In this document: piece after piece, positions 1 through 8,544 of the stretch
Position numbering within the stretch: the stretch's first letter is position 1
Layout: each line of letters opens with the position of its first letter
Source: a virus
Taxonomy: Duplodnaviria > Caudoviricetes
DNA: 64,000 nt
Strand: one strand, 5' to 3'
Virus record (IMG/VR): IMGVR_UViG_3300008107_006173
Position numbers and translations under genes: made by a program
Notes under the pieces: generated by a model
What the model was told of the DNA's origin: nothing
The model's database searches: none
What the model saw: only the letters and a program-made list of their open reading frames with translations

Positions 1-540
1 ACAAATCTAACCAGGGCACCAACTGTTACTAGCGGTACAGGAGGTACCAGTCCTAGTACCGGAGGACCGGGCGGTCCCGGGGCTACAGGCACAAACAATC
101 CAACTGCTGCCGGCCCAACCGGTCACGCAAATCCAGTAGGTGACGCAACCGGTGTAAGAGTAACTTCAGAAGAAGGTTACCGTACAGATCCAATAACCGG
201 AGAACGAAAGTACCATGCAGGCATAGATATTGCTGGACCAGAAGGAACAAGAATATTCCCATCAGCACCTGGCACAGTTAGTAGAGTAGATACTGTTGTT
301 ACACCGGGTAAAGGTAATGGTTACGCTGTTTTTGTCAAGCATGGAAATGGCCTAGAGTCAGCTTATCTACATATGAATGCTGTACCTCTTGTACGAGTAG
401 GTGATCCAGTAACTGGTAATACAGTTCTTGGTGGTATAGGTAGCACCGGTAAGAGTACCGGAAATCACTTACATTATCAAATAAAATTAAATGGCCAGGT
501 TCAGAATCCAAGAAACTATTTACCCTTGCCTGGGCGATGA
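1..540 (+). CDS. C-terminal part of an M23 (LytM/lysostaphin-like) peptidase-domain protein, 5' end outside the window; probably baseplate-associated
   Basis: Not in the ORF track. Frame 1 is open from base 1 to TGA at 538-540: a G/T/P-rich linker, then ...KYHAGIDIAGPEG...SAYLHMN...GSTGKSTGNHLHYQI... This carries the M23 HxxxD and HxH Zn motifs. Confidence 0.9.
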   Translation, partial: TNLTRAPTVTSGTGGTSPSTGGPGGPGATGTNNPTAAGPTGHANPVGDATGVRVTSEEGYRTDPITGERKYHAGIDIAGPEGTRIFPSAPGTVSRVDTVVTPGKGNGYAVFVKHGNGLESAYLHMNAVPLVRVGDPVTGNTVLGGIGSTGKSTGNHLHYQIKLNGQVQNPRNYLPLPGR

Positions 541-588
541 TCTAAGAAGCTATTTAAAAATATAATAGAAATTAAGGTTTAAAATATT

Positions 589-2337
589 ATGGCGTTGAAA
601 CCACCTTTAGTAACAAATAATAGATTAACTAACGATCCTGTTGGTAGAGCAGAGCAATCTGCTGATAAAAAATGGGGTGTGTTTATTGGTGTTGTGCGAT
701 CGACGCAAGACGAAGCCTTTACTGGCAAGATACAGGTCTTTATTCCAGAATTGGGCAAAGACCCGGGATCAAACGACGGTGTATTTGATTGTTTTTGGAG
801 CAGTCCTTTTGCCGGAGCAACCACACCCAATGTGGGTACTGATATTAAAAATTATAAAAATACAAGACAAAGTTATGGCATGTGGATGCGCCCACCCGAC
901 AAGGACAATATTGTATTAGTTTGTTTTGCTGACGGTAATAGAAAGTTACCATATATTATTGGCTGCACATTCCCACCAATGCTTACGCATATGGTTCCTG
1001 GTGTACCTGCAGGTAAAAGTTATAGTGAATCGGGTATCAATGTTCCTGTAGCTGAAAAAAATGCTCGAGATGAAAAAACCACGCACAATGATGCTACACG
1101 CCCAATGCATGTTGACATCGCTGAGTGGATTGTTAAACAAGGACTTGTTAATGATCCTCTTAGAGGCGCAGGTACTAGCGGCTCTAGGCGCGAAACACCT
1201 AGCGAAGTATTTGGTATTTTAACACCTGGACCACCCGATCCTAAAGATCCAAAATCTAGAATGGGCGGACACAGCTTTGTTATGGATGACGGTTTAAGAT
1301 CCGGCTCACGCCATATTAGATTGCGTACTGCACAGGGTAATCAAATATTAATGGACGATATGTTAGGCCTAATATATTTGATTAATAAGAAAGGCAATGC
1401 TTGGTTTGAAATGGATATGAACGGTCATGTTCAGATCTACGCAGAAGGTGGTATCAGTATGCGTACCCGCGGTAATTTCAATCTCCGAGCAGACAAAAAT
1501 GTTAATATTGAAGCAGGTAACGACGTTCAAATTCGTGCTGCTGGCGACAATGTGGGTGTACTTTCAACCTATGACTATCTAGGACCAAATCCTATGAGTG
1601 CAGTTGGTAAAGGTCCACTAGGCACCGGCGGCGATGTGAGAATTGAAGCAGCAGGACAAATGAGTGCGCTGGCCACTACCAGTATGAAACATACTGCACT
1701 AGGCGGCGACTATGATCTTAGCGTTGGCGGCCTAATAAGAATGACAGCAGGTAATCCTGCGCCTGCCCCAACAGGTGGTATTACACTTACTACCCCTGGC
1801 GGAATATTATTAGATTCTGCACTAGAAACACGGGTGCAATCAAAAACAAGTGTAGGAATCTCAGCAGCAGCTGGTGCAGTAAATATCGTTGGCGGCCCAC
1901 TTATTAATTTAAACTCAAGTGTTCTACCTCCTATTATTCCCGTTCCGGCCAAAGCCGCAACACAAATGCTACTCACTGCAAGTAAAGATCAACCATTTGA
2001 CGCACCTAAATTTAATCGAGAGGCTGCATTAAAAGGTACCACAGCATTAGAGGGCGGAGGATTACGAACTGGTAAAGTAGACAATGTTCAAAGCATTGTA
2101 GCAAACTTTATTACTGCTGAACCGTTCTCCGGCCACTCAAACGCAGACCCAACTAAAGAAAACCCAAGAACAATTGGTAATAACAAAGCGTTCGTTCCAG
2201 GTGCACCTGGGGCAAGCCCAGGCAACAGATCAGTTCCTGCAACAGTAATTAATCCTAATGGCACAGTTTCTGTTGGTACGGGATATGCTGATGCAAACGG
2301 CAACTTAGTTACTGGTTCACGGCCAACTGGAGGATAA
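589..2337 (+). CDS. Baseplate hub/spike protein, gp5/Vgr-like (N-terminal OB-fold, beta-helix region)
   Basis: OB-fold signature (GKIQVFIPELG...SYGMWMRPPDKDNIVLVCFADG), then GHSFVMDDG...IRLRTAQGNQILMDD and beta-strand repeats (GGISMRTRGNFNLRADKNVNIEAG). Lies just upstream of gp25. Confidence 0.8.
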   Translation: MALKPPLVTNNRLTNDPVGRAEQSADKKWGVFIGVVRSTQDEAFTGKIQVFIPELGKDPGSNDGVFDCFWSSPFAGATTPNVGTDIKNYKNTRQSYGMWMRPPDKDNIVLVCFADGNRKLPYIIGCTFPPMLTHMVPGVPAGKSYSESGINVPVAEKNARDEKTTHNDATRPMHVDIAEWIVKQGLVNDPLRGAGTSGSRRETPSEVFGILTPGPPDPKDPKSRMGGHSFVMDDGLRSGSRHIRLRTAQGNQILMDDMLGLIYLINKKGNAWFEMDMNGHVQIYAEGGISMRTRGNFNLRADKNVNIEAGNDVQIRAAGDNVGVLSTYDYLGPNPMSAVGKGPLGTGGDVRIEAAGQMSALATTSMKHTALGGDYDLSVGGLIRMTAGNPAPAPTGGITLTTPGGILLDSALETRVQSKTSVGISAAAGAVNIVGGPLINLNSSVLPPIIPVPAKAATQMLLTASKDQPFDAPKFNREAALKGTTALEGGGLRTGKVDNVQSIVANFITAEPFSGHSNADPTKENPRTIGNNKAFVPGAPGASPGNRSVPATVINPNGTVSVGTGYADANGNLVTGSRPTGG

Positions 2338-2339
2338 AC

Positions 2340-3482
2340 ATGGCAAACACTACACCCACAGGAACTACCCCGGCTGGAACAGGCTCAACACCAGCTACAC
2401 CAGCCCCGGCACCTAGCGATAAAAATGTTTCTAGTGTAAAAGATTTCCAAAAAAATGTTACCGACCTTGATAGAGAAAAATTTAATCAAGCCCAGGCAGC
2501 ATTAGCGTCAGCGCAAGCTCTTTTAAATAAATTTGCTGATATTGCTAGGGATCCTCGAGGTGCAGCAATTGCAGCAGCACAACAGGCTGCTTCCGATGCT
2601 ATTAAAAACAGTCCTCTATATAAACAATTAAACAATATTATGAATAACACTGAGTTAGCAAATTTAAGAAATCTACTCGGCGTTGATAGAATTAGGGACC
2701 TTGCAAGATCGCTAAATGTCGTAATACCGCCAATTAGATTTCCAGTAACTAACGAAAACCTAGATAAAATTATTGGTATAGCCAAGCAGTTAAAAGAACT
2801 TGAAGCACAGTTAAGAGCATTTGCTATTGCAGGCAATACTGGCTTGCCCGCAGCACTAACAGACGCTGCATTTAGAAATATGATGAATGATATTAGAGAT
2901 ATCATGGCTACATCAAAAGATAATGCTGAAGCACTAAAAAGATTAGAGGATGCAGGATATAAAATTATTTCAGATCCTCCCGGCACTATTTTTGAAGACG
3001 CTAACGGTAATAAGATTGTTGACTTCTCAAACGGCCTAGGCCCAATTGGCACAAGTTTAGGTTTGCTAGCCGATCTTAATAAAGCATGGGAAGATGTGAA
3101 AGGAAGAATTACTGCCCCAATGAGTAATAACCAGACACTAGCGATGGCCAGTTTTTCAAATCATGTTGGTGCAGAAAACTTTTTAAACAGCGATGTGTTG
3201 ATCGCACTGAACGAACTAGCCTATGCTGAAGTGCCAAGACTGCTAATGGGATGGGTGATGGGTTCACCTCCAGGCGGCGTTGGCGCTGCTGTGTTTAGGC
3301 AAGATTATTATGATAGACGACTATATGAAGCTGAGCTATTCCAAACGCCTGACGACGTGGACATTTCTCCACCACCCGGTGTCAATCCAGGCGAGTTAAC
3401 ATTTGCACAGTTGGCAGCAATTTTAGAACTTAGACGAACCAGCTACATTGAACAAAAAATAAGAGAATTTGGTTCTAGATAA
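2340..3482 (+). CDS. Baseplate-associated protein with a C-terminal phage lysozyme (GH24)-like domain
   Basis: AMASFSNHVGAENFLNSDVLIALNELAYAEVPRLLMGWV...RRLYEAELF matches the C-lobe pattern of GH24 lysozymes. The catalytic region is divergent (LEDAGYKIISDPPGT). Confidence 0.65.
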   Translation: MANTTPTGTTPAGTGSTPATPAPAPSDKNVSSVKDFQKNVTDLDREKFNQAQAALASAQALLNKFADIARDPRGAAIAAAQQAASDAIKNSPLYKQLNNIMNNTELANLRNLLGVDRIRDLARSLNVVIPPIRFPVTNENLDKIIGIAKQLKELEAQLRAFAIAGNTGLPAALTDAAFRNMMNDIRDIMATSKDNAEALKRLEDAGYKIISDPPGTIFEDANGNKIVDFSNGLGPIGTSLGLLADLNKAWEDVKGRITAPMSNNQTLAMASFSNHVGAENFLNSDVLIALNELAYAEVPRLLMGWVMGSPPGGVGAAVFRQDYYDRRLYEAELFQTPDDVDISPPPGVNPGELTFAQLAAILELRRTSYIEQKIREFGSR

Positions 3483-3483
3483 G

Positions 3484-3513
3484 AATATAGGGCCTTTCGG
3501 CCCTATATTTTTT
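3484..3513. terminator. Bidirectional intrinsic terminator between convergent genes
   Basis: AATATAGGGCC-TTTC-GGCCCTATATT, an 11-bp perfect stem followed by a T run, between the + gene ending 3482 and the - gene ending 3541. Confidence 0.85.
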
Positions 3514-3540
3514 CTGCTCTCTTACATAACCATTTAGTGC

Positions 3541-3801
3541 TTACGCACGCTTGATCATATTTTCCATTTCAGCAAATTCGTTTGGCAGGATGTTGTTGTT
3601 GTAACGGAAGTTGCCTGTTAGATTGATTGTATCAAACAACACATACTTCTTAGTTACAGAATCATACAGTCCCATGCTAACGAACTTTCTGCTCTGATCA
3701 AACATACGCAAGAATCGATCAGTACGGTGTTCCTTATTGTACTTCTCGGCGCTAGCGCAGATTTCATCAAACTTCTTTGAAAGTTTATTACGCATTTTCA
3801 T
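3541..3801 (-). CDS. Hypothetical protein, 86 aa; the only convincing minus-strand gene
   Basis: Fills the gap between + genes, has a GAGAG upstream of the ATG, its own sigma70-type promoter and a downstream terminator. Confidence 0.8.
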   Translation of the reverse strand: MKMRNKLSKKFDEICASAEKYNKEHRTDRFLRMFDQSRKFVSMGLYDSVTKKYVLFDTINLTGNFRYNNNILPNEFAEMENMIKRA

Positions 3802-3876
3802 GCTCTCAACTTAGGGTTAAACCAATAGTGATCTATTTCTAAATCACCGCCCATGTAGCTATTCACTACAAGTCTT

Positions 3877-3905
3877 AATATACATGTTTTTAAATTTTTT
3901 GTCAA
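3877..3905 (-). promoter_or_regulatory. Sigma70-type promoter for the minus-strand gene
   Basis: The minus strand reads TTGACA-N17-TATATT (3905-3900, spacer 3899-3883, 3882-3877). Confidence 0.85.
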
Positions 3906-3944
3906 GCGAAAAATGGCCTAATTAAAATATCTGTTAAAGAATAT

Positions 3945-3952
3945 GATAAATA
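3945..3952 (+). promoter_or_regulatory. T4-late-like promoter GATAAATA
   Basis: A variant of TATAAATA 5 nt before the ATG at 3958. The same core recurs before other genes. Confidence 0.6.
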
Positions 3953-3957
3953 ATTGT

Positions 3958-4332
3958 ATGGCAAAATTCAAAGGTCTCAGTACAGTTGACAAGGTTAGAG
4001 CACCATACACTCTAGTCGATAGTGCGCTTGTAAAGCGAGATTTATTGAATACCTTTTATACAAAGAAGGGCGAAAGACTAATGCGTCCTAACTATGGTAG
4101 TATCATTTGGGACTTGCTAATGAACCCCGAGGATAGTTATACCAACAGTGAAATTATTGATGATGTAAAAAAGATAATTGACGCTGATCCCCGAGTAGAA
4201 TATATTGATGCAACAATTTATACACTAGAACAAAGTATCAGAATTGAAGTAGTTTTAAAAATTCTTCCATTTAATAATCCTGATACATTGTATCTAGAGT
4301 ACACAAGAAAGATCATTGAGGGCGCAGACTAA
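3958..4332 (+). CDS. gp25: Baseplate wedge subunit gp25-like
   Basis: LVKRDLLNTFYTKKGERLMRPNYGSIIWDLLMNP...DPRV is the GPW/gp25 pattern. Start moved from 3943 to 3958 because the late promoter overlaps the first ATG. Confidence 0.9.
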   Translation: MAKFKGLSTVDKVRAPYTLVDSALVKRDLLNTFYTKKGERLMRPNYGSIIWDLLMNPEDSYTNSEIIDDVKKIIDADPRVEYIDATIYTLEQSIRIEVVLKILPFNNPDTLYLEYTRKIIEGAD

Positions 4333-7300
4333 TGTCTCTAGTAGTAAGACAAAATAACTTATTTGCGGCAGAAGACTGGACCGTAGCCTATAAAGCATTC
4401 ACTAGTGCTGACTATCAAGCCTACGATTATGATACAATTAGAGCAGCTCTAGTAAATTATGTTCAGCAGAATTTCCCAGAAAATTTCAATGACTATTTAG
4501 AAAGCAGTGAATTTATTGCTATCATTGAAATGTTAGCATATCTATCTCAAACACTAGTGTTTAGAATGGATCTAAACACCCGAGAAAACTTCTTAGAGTC
4601 AGCTGAAAGACGCGATAGCGTATTCAAACTAGCTCGTATGTTGGGGTATAATCCTAAGCGTAATTTTACATCAAGTGGATTAATGAAACTTACTTCTGTG
4701 CGTACCACAGAGCCACTAACAGACAGTTTAGGTAATAATCTAAGCAATCGCCAAATTTATTGGAACGACTCTAATAATCCACAGAGTTACGAACAGTTCA
4801 TTACTATTGTAAATGCCGCCATGGCAGGATCAAATCGCTTTACTTCTCCTTATAAGGTTGGTAGAGTTGGTGGAATTGATACCGAACTATACAGAATTGC
4901 AACACCGGTTACTGCACCTATTACATATAATATTGAAGTGAATCTTAATGGTGCAAGCACAGCATTTAATATTATCAATCCAAATTTTGTTGACAGCGGC
5001 TTCTTTTACGAAGAAACCCCCGATCCAACAAACTTGTTTAATTTAATTTATAGAAATGATGGGCTAGGATTACAAAGCAGTGATACTGGTTTCTTTGTTA
5101 TGTTCAAACAAGGATTGTTAGATTTCGTAGATTTTGAATTTACATCACCAATTCAAAACAGATTTGAAGATCTAGCTGTACCAAATATTAATGAAACTGA
5201 TGTGTTCCTACAAAAGATCAACACTTCAGGTGGTGTGCTAGAACAATGGGTACAGGTACCAAACTTAATTGGTCAAACCCTAAACTATAACAGCGAATTG
5301 TTTAATACAAGAAACTTGTATTCTGTTGAAAACCTAAACAACGGCGGCATCAAATTAAAATTCTCAGACGGTAACTTTGGTAATATTCCAATTGGTGTTT
5401 ATCGTTTGTGGTATCGAACCAGTTTGCCTGAGCGTTATGTAATTCAACCTGAGGATGCTCGTAATTTAACAATTACAATTCCTTATGTGAATAACAAAAA
5501 TCAAGGCCAAGCACTAACTGTAACTTTCCGTTTAGAAAAGAAAGTTTCTAATAGCTTGCCTGCAGAATCGCTGCAATCTATTAAACAGCGAGCACCGCAG
5601 GTATATTATACCCAGAATAGAATGGTTAGCGCACAGGACTATAATGTATTTCCATTAAGTCAAAGCACTAACATTACTAAGATCAAAGCTATTAACAGAA
5701 CTCATGCAGGCCACAGCAGATACATTGATATCAACGATCCAACCGGCACATTTCAAAATGTTGATATGTTTGCCCGTGATGCTATTCTGCTCACTGAAGA
5801 ATTTAATAAAACAGATACCATTATTATCAATGATAATACTACACCTGCAGAAGTAACTTCGGGTATTTTACCTAACCTATTGAAAACACAAAGTTTGAAT
5901 AACTTTGTTTATTACGGCTTGAGAAATCTTTGGAGTGATTATACTACTAATAAGTTTAAAGTAAACAGCTTAAACATTAGATGGGAACCCCTACCGCAAA
6001 AGCTCAGTAGTGATGTTGGTTACATGACAGAAACTTTTAGTAGCGGTACTAAAGTTGTTATGACTAATAACGACACTAGAACAGCAATGTTCAGAGAAAA
6101 TAATTTTATTAAGTTTGTTAGTTCTGAGGATTTAAGTTACAAGTGGGTTAGAATTTTAGGTGTTACTAATAATGGTGCATTAACAAGCGGTCTGACATCA
6201 GGTACCGGATCATGGACTTTAAGCAGTGAAATCCCACAGGGTTGGTTCGCTGACGAAATGATCACAAGTCTGAGAAAACTGTTTACAGGCGCCGAAGCAT
6301 CAATCATTCAATTTGCTATCACAAATAGACAAACTTTTGGTTTAGGCTACGATATGACGCTAGATCAATGGTATGTAATTGAAAGTCAAAACTTAGATAA
6401 GGCCAGCAACTTTAGTCCAGCTAATGCTAAAAATACTTCCGGTTTAGGAAAAGATTCTTCATGGTTAGTATTAATGGAATACTCACCAATTGATAATTTT
6501 AGATATCGATATAATGTAACACTTCGCGGCGAACACTATGTTGTACAAAGCCGCGACGAGTTAAAATTCTATAATGTAAAGAATATTAAAGTTGTTGATG
6601 TAACAAATAAATCCTCACAGGATTCAATTACATTCACAACACTGAATACTGCACCAGGTTCAGCTGAAATGTTTGAATGGTACAGAAAGGACAGTGAAAC
6701 ATATGGTTGGAGAAATACATCAACTGGATCATTTCACATTCCTAGAGCTTATGCTACTGACATTGCACTAAAAACTCGAGATACTAAATGGTTTGACATT
6801 AGTGTTTCGTGGAAAAGTAATTTTGGCTTATTTGATGTGTCCGCCGCAGGAACCAGTTCAAACCCAGTAACGAGAATCGCAAATATCATTAATCCATCAA
6901 CAGGTAATCGATATGTAGGCGAAGCCACAGTTGCGCTGAATACATATTTTGACGACGGCACACAATCTGCACTTACAAGTAATATAACTATCGCAAACAA
7001 TACCGGTCAAATTTCTAGAATACCAAGTTCAATTGTAATACCGTTTGATTCTACAACATTTGGTAAAAACATTTTAGATGCCAACGGTAATATCACTTAT
7101 CGCCAGTTTGCAAACAGTAGCGTCAATGAACTTATTTTTCATGGCAACGCAGTATGCTATTCATACGGCGCATCAGGTACAGTAATTGATACTACACAAA
7201 ATGGACGACTATTTTTGGCCAATGCTAATGTTGCCGCAGGTACCGGCAATCTAGTATATAGTAGACTGGAAGAAAACGATTATTTTATTTCCAAAGATAA

Positions 7301-8531
7301 GTTTACATCATACAAGGATCAGATAATTGTAAACTACAAAACCAGCAAAGACAAGATTGTAGAACCAATTGAGTGGCAAGTTGTAGATGTTTACAAATAC
7401 GCAGACGGATATGTTGATCCTCGTAAAGTAATTGTTGCACCAGTAGACAGTGATGGTGATTTGGTTCCTGATAGACCATTACAGTTTAGCGAATATGTAG
7501 ATCGCGATGATGTAATGGCATACGAGTACTATACCGATTTTGACGGATATAATTACGATCGGCCGGTATATAATGTAATATTAGATTATCGTAACGAAAA
7601 CTCATTGAATATTAATTTTGCTGATAATACAGTTAGTGCCAGCAGTTATAAACTGGAATACCGATTATCTGCGGTTGATTGGCTATTAGTTAAGGAATTA
7701 AATGTTATTGCAGCCGGCGGCTCATCAGCCCAGCCTTTAGAAAATAATCAAGGTAAAGCAGCCGGCATTAAAGTTTATGCTGAAAAAGAAGATAAAGTTT
7801 ATCTGATGACGCAGCAGAGCACTGACCCAATGAGCGTATATCCTGTTGAAACCACAGACTTCTTTGTAGTGCGCGGCCGCGGCCCAACACAAAATACTGC
7901 TGCAAGTAATTTTGATCAAAGCATTATTCGTTGGGAGCATGTTGCACCTAAGGATGTGCGTATTGATCCAAGCATAAGTAATATAGTTGAAATGATTGTA
8001 TTAACTAATACCTATTCAAATTTAATTAATGAGTGGAAAGCTGCACCTAGCAGAACAACATTCCCTCTACCACCTACCAGTGCCGAATTAGCAAATGAAT
8101 TCAGCAAACTAAACGAATACAAATCAGCTAGCGATACATTAGTATTTAGAAGTGCTAAATTTAAATTACTGTTTGGGTCTCTAGCAGATATGAACTATCA
8201 AGCTAAATTCCGTGTAGTTAAACTTAATAATCAATTAAGTGACAACGAAATTAAAACTAGAATTTTATTAGCAATCAATGAATATTTTAATGTTACTAAC
8301 TGGGAGTTTGGTGAAACATTCTACTTTACAGAATTAAGTAGTTACATACACCAGCAACTTGGAAGTGCTATTGGTACAATTGTAATTGTGCCTCGAATAT
8401 CTACAGGAACTTTTGGAAACTTATTCCAAGTAAAGGCAGATCCAAATGAATTATTTTTAAGTGTAGCAACTGTTGACGATATTGAAATAATTGAAAAATT
8501 AAATTCAAACACTTTAAGAACTGATCGTTAA
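4332..8531 (+). CDS. Baseplate wedge subunit gp6-like, extended to 1,399 aa
   Basis: DYQAYDYDTIRAALVNY...FRMDLNTRENFLESAERRDSVFKLARMLGYNP; LKFSDGNFGNIP; ESLQSIKQRAPQVYYTQNRMVSAQDY. It follows gp25 directly. Confidence 0.85.
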   Translation: MSLVVRQNNLFAAEDWTVAYKAFTSADYQAYDYDTIRAALVNYVQQNFPENFNDYLESSEFIAIIEMLAYLSQTLVFRMDLNTRENFLESAERRDSVFKLARMLGYNPKRNFTSSGLMKLTSVRTTEPLTDSLGNNLSNRQIYWNDSNNPQSYEQFITIVNAAMAGSNRFTSPYKVGRVGGIDTELYRIATPVTAPITYNIEVNLNGASTAFNIINPNFVDSGFFYEETPDPTNLFNLIYRNDGLGLQSSDTGFFVMFKQGLLDFVDFEFTSPIQNRFEDLAVPNINETDVFLQKINTSGGVLEQWVQVPNLIGQTLNYNSELFNTRNLYSVENLNNGGIKLKFSDGNFGNIPIGVYRLWYRTSLPERYVIQPEDARNLTITIPYVNNKNQGQALTVTFRLEKKVSNSLPAESLQSIKQRAPQVYYTQNRMVSAQDYNVFPLSQSTNITKIKAINRTHAGHSRYIDINDPTGTFQNVDMFARDAILLTEEFNKTDTIIINDNTTPAEVTSGILPNLLKTQSLNNFVYYGLRNLWSDYTTNKFKVNSLNIRWEPLPQKLSSDVGYMTETFSSGTKVVMTNNDTRTAMFRENNFIKFVSSEDLSYKWVRILGVTNNGALTSGLTSGTGSWTLSSEIPQGWFADEMITSLRKLFTGAEASIIQFAITNRQTFGLGYDMTLDQWYVIESQNLDKASNFSPANAKNTSGLGKDSSWLVLMEYSPIDNFRYRYNVTLRGEHYVVQSRDELKFYNVKNIKVVDVTNKSSQDSITFTTLNTAPGSAEMFEWYRKDSETYGWRNTSTGSFHIPRAYATDIALKTRDTKWFDISVSWKSNFGLFDVSAAGTSSNPVTRIANIINPSTGNRYVGEATVALNTYFDDGTQSALTSNITIANNTGQISRIPSSIVIPFDSTTFGKNILDANGNITYRQFANSSVNELIFHGNAVCYSYGASGTVIDTTQNGRLFLANANVAAGTGNLVYSRLEENDYFISKDKFTSYKDQIIVNYKTSKDKIVEPIEWQVVDVYKYADGYVDPRKVIVAPVDSDGDLVPDRPLQFSEYVDRDDVMAYEYYTDFDGYNYDRPVYNVILDYRNENSLNINFADNTVSASSYKLEYRLSAVDWLLVKELNVIAAGGSSAQPLENNQGKAAGIKVYAEKEDKVYLMTQQSTDPMSVYPVETTDFFVVRGRGPTQNTAASNFDQSIIRWEHVAPKDVRIDPSISNIVEMIVLTNTYSNLINEWKAAPSRTTFPLPPTSAELANEFSKLNEYKSASDTLVFRSAKFKLLFGSLADMNYQAKFRVVKLNNQLSDNEIKTRILLAINEYFNVTNWEFGETFYFTELSSYIHQQLGSAIGTIVIVPRISTGTFGNLFQVKADPNELFLSVATVDDIEIIEKLNSNTLRTDR

Positions 8532-8544
8532 GGGTATAAGAGTA

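Noticed and set aside
2255-2320. Hub C-terminus GTVSVGTGYADANGN as the missing TIGYG half of a split lysozyme (it also echoes EDANGN at ~2995)
   Set aside because: No upstream catalytic Glu pattern, and the next ORF has its own E-x8-D segment. The similarity is too short to separate from chance.
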